Positions 32,098 through 33,543 of a stretch of 33,543 bases of DNA are shown here, one piece after another (the first letter of the stretch is position 1; each line of letters opens with the position of its first letter). A model generated the notes under the pieces. It saw only the letters and a program-made list of their open reading frames with translations, made no database searches and was not told the DNA's origin. Made by a program: the position numbers and the translations under genes. The DNA comes from a virus (taxonomy: Duplodnaviria; Caudoviricetes), in the IMG/VR virus record IMGVR_UViG_3300032332_000629, positions 1-33,543 of that record. One strand, written 5' to 3'.

Positions 32098-32928
32098 ATG
32101 AAATCACCTGCATTCCAATTTTATCCCGCAGACTACACCAGCAGTCAGCGCGTGCGACTACTCACGCTTGAAGAGGAGGGCGCTTACATTAACCTTCTTT
32201 GCTCGTGCTGGCTGCACGGCTCGATTCCAGCCGACCCAGCGATGGCGGCGCGATTGGTCGGCAAGGGTTGTTCAGCCACCCTTGCAACCACCGTGCTCAC
32301 CATGTTCACGCCGTCGAGCCAAGCAGGTCGCTTGGTTCACGAGAGGCTTGAACGCGAACGCCTCAAGCAATCCGACTGGCGCGAGAAGTCGGCGTCTGGC
32401 GGGCGGAAGTCGGCTGAATTACGCAAGGGTGCCTCAACCACCGTTCAACCACCCTTGGCAAATGGTATAAACCAAAAGTCAACACTTCAGTCTTCAGTCT
32501 CTAGTCTTCAGTCTTTATCTACGTCTACGTCTTCAGCTCTAACACATACAGCGTCGGTTCCCGCCGCGGTGCTCGTGGAGAGCCTTTCCGGCGATTGCCC
32601 ATTTCCGGCAGAGGCCACGAAGAAGGCAAAGCGCAACTCATCCGTTGACGCGCTTGAGCTGCAACAAATCTACTCGGCATATCCGCGCAAGGTGGCGCCA
32701 GCCGACGCTCTCAAGGCGATTGCCAAGGCGATTGCTAAAGGCAAGGCGCCCGCGCATCTGCTGGAAAGGACCGCGGCCTACGCCGCCGCAACTGCGCTTT
32801 GGACCGAAGACGAGCTTCGGTTCATTCCCCATCCGGCAACCTGGTTCAACGGTGGGCGCTACGACGACGACCCAAAAACTTGGTTGAGCAAGGCCGCGCC
32901 TCAATCCGAATTCGCAAACGCATTTTGA
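32098..32928 (+). CDS. Replication initiator (DUF1376/YdaU-like N-terminus)
   Basis: ATG 32098; 'PAFQFYPADY...LTLEEEGAYINLL...W..GSIP'; C-terminal 'YPRKV...FIPHPATWFNGGRYDD'. Confidence 0.85.
   Translation: MKSPAFQFYPADYTSSQRVRLLTLEEEGAYINLLCSCWLHGSIPADPAMAARLVGKGCSATLATTVLTMFTPSSQAGRLVHERLERERLKQSDWREKSASGGRKSAELRKGASTTVQPPLANGINQKSTLQSSVSSLQSLSTSTSSALTHTASVPAAVLVESLSGDCPFPAEATKKAKRNSSVDALELQQIYSAYPRKVAPADALKAIAKAIAKGKAPAHLLERTAAYAAATALWTEDELRFIPHPATWFNGGRYDDDPKTWLSKAAPQSEFANAF
32272..32536. repeat. Iteron-like repeats, putative replication origin inside the initiator gene
   Basis: Four CA(A/G)CCACC(C/G)T units (32272-32294, 32435-32456), then tandem TCTTCAG-type repeats (about 32486-32536). 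Confidence 0.6.
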
Positions 32929-32962
32929 GCCAGCAACGACAACCCAACGACAACCCAACAAC

Positions 32963-33427
32963 ATGAAACCCAAAGAAACAAACACAGCACCCATCACCCC
33001 AACCGAGGCGCAGAAAGAACTCGGCACCAAAGTTCGATTCGCCCTTCCCCACATCGGAGACCAACTCATCGCCGAGTCTGAGGCTCAGGCGATTCAGCGG
33101 GCGATGTTAGTTGAGTATGGAAACCTCACTCAATCCTACAAAGATGCCGTCACCCGCGCCGAGCGTGCCGAGGCGGAACTAGCCGACCTACACACCAATC
33201 ACCAGAATCAAGTCGCGCTGAGTGTTCAATACCTGAACGAACTCGCCACCGAGCGGGCGCGGTTGGATTGGCTTCAGTCACGGCCATCGACGGTGCTTTG
33301 TCACTACGCTGTTGCCGGTTGGTCTATACGGAAAGACCGTATCAATTCAGTTGACGAACTAGCGGAGCATAATCTTCACGATCTACGCTCCGCCATCGAC
33401 GCAGCCATGAAGGAGGACGGCAAATGA
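32963..33427 (+). CDS. Hypothetical phage protein
   Basis: ATG after an AC-rich leader; 'ERARLDWL' and 'LRSAIDAAM' helical modules. Confidence 0.75.
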   Translation: MKPKETNTAPITPTEAQKELGTKVRFALPHIGDQLIAESEAQAIQRAMLVEYGNLTQSYKDAVTRAERAEAELADLHTNHQNQVALSVQYLNELATERARLDWLQSRPSTVLCHYAVAGWSIRKDRINSVDELAEHNLHDLRSAIDAAMKEDGK

Positions 33428-33543
33428 GCGACACACCACGAACAGACGCATACACTGTTTCACGCAGCATATCACTCCTTGAGAACGGAGTGGTGCATTA
33501 CATAATTGAGTTATTTGTAACCCGCGAGTTCGCCCGCCAGCTA
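33424..33543 (+). CDS. Hypothetical protein, truncated by the window end
   Basis: ATGA overlap; MSDTPRTDA...EFARQL open to the end. Confidence 0.65.
   Translation, partial: MSDTPRTDAYTVSRSISLLENGVVHYIIELFVTREFARQL

Noticed and set aside
1-33543. Integron integrase or other tyrosine/serine recombinase, tRNA or rRNA genes
   Set aside because: No R-H-x-x-R/Y or serine recombinase motifs in the ORF track and no cloverleaf noticed by eye; the genome continues beyond the window

Overview
About 33.5 kb of a tailed dsDNA phage or prophage with siphovirus-type organisation; every credible gene is on the + strand. Gene order: Nu1-like small terminase, a 3.5 kb accessory insert, GpA-like large terminase, gpW-like protein, lambda-type portal, fibre, a putative lysis/membrane module, protease-scaffold, decoration protein, major capsid, a glycosyltransferase/methyltransferase trio, neck and tail genes (-1 frameshift chaperone, short tape measure, J-like tip), a metallophosphoesterase, then early genes (secreted lysozyme-like protein, RecT/RecE-like pair, RusA, replication initiator). 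The main discovery is in the terS-terL insert: four integron attC-like hairpin sites plus a terminal half-site delimit four gene cassettes (about 1086-3517), with no integrase in the window. Extrahelical-base geometry indicates that the + (coding) strand is the attC bottom strand, so the genes run opposite to canonical cassettes. Two genes start inside their own attC loop, and all five upstream ORFs read the crossover AAC as an in-frame Asn codon and take their stop codon from the neighbouring site. All calls are by-eye motif recognition; no database searches were run, so novelty is unverified. A PVC/Verrucomicrobiota-like host is only a weak guess from gene style and AC-rich, mostly SD-less leaders.
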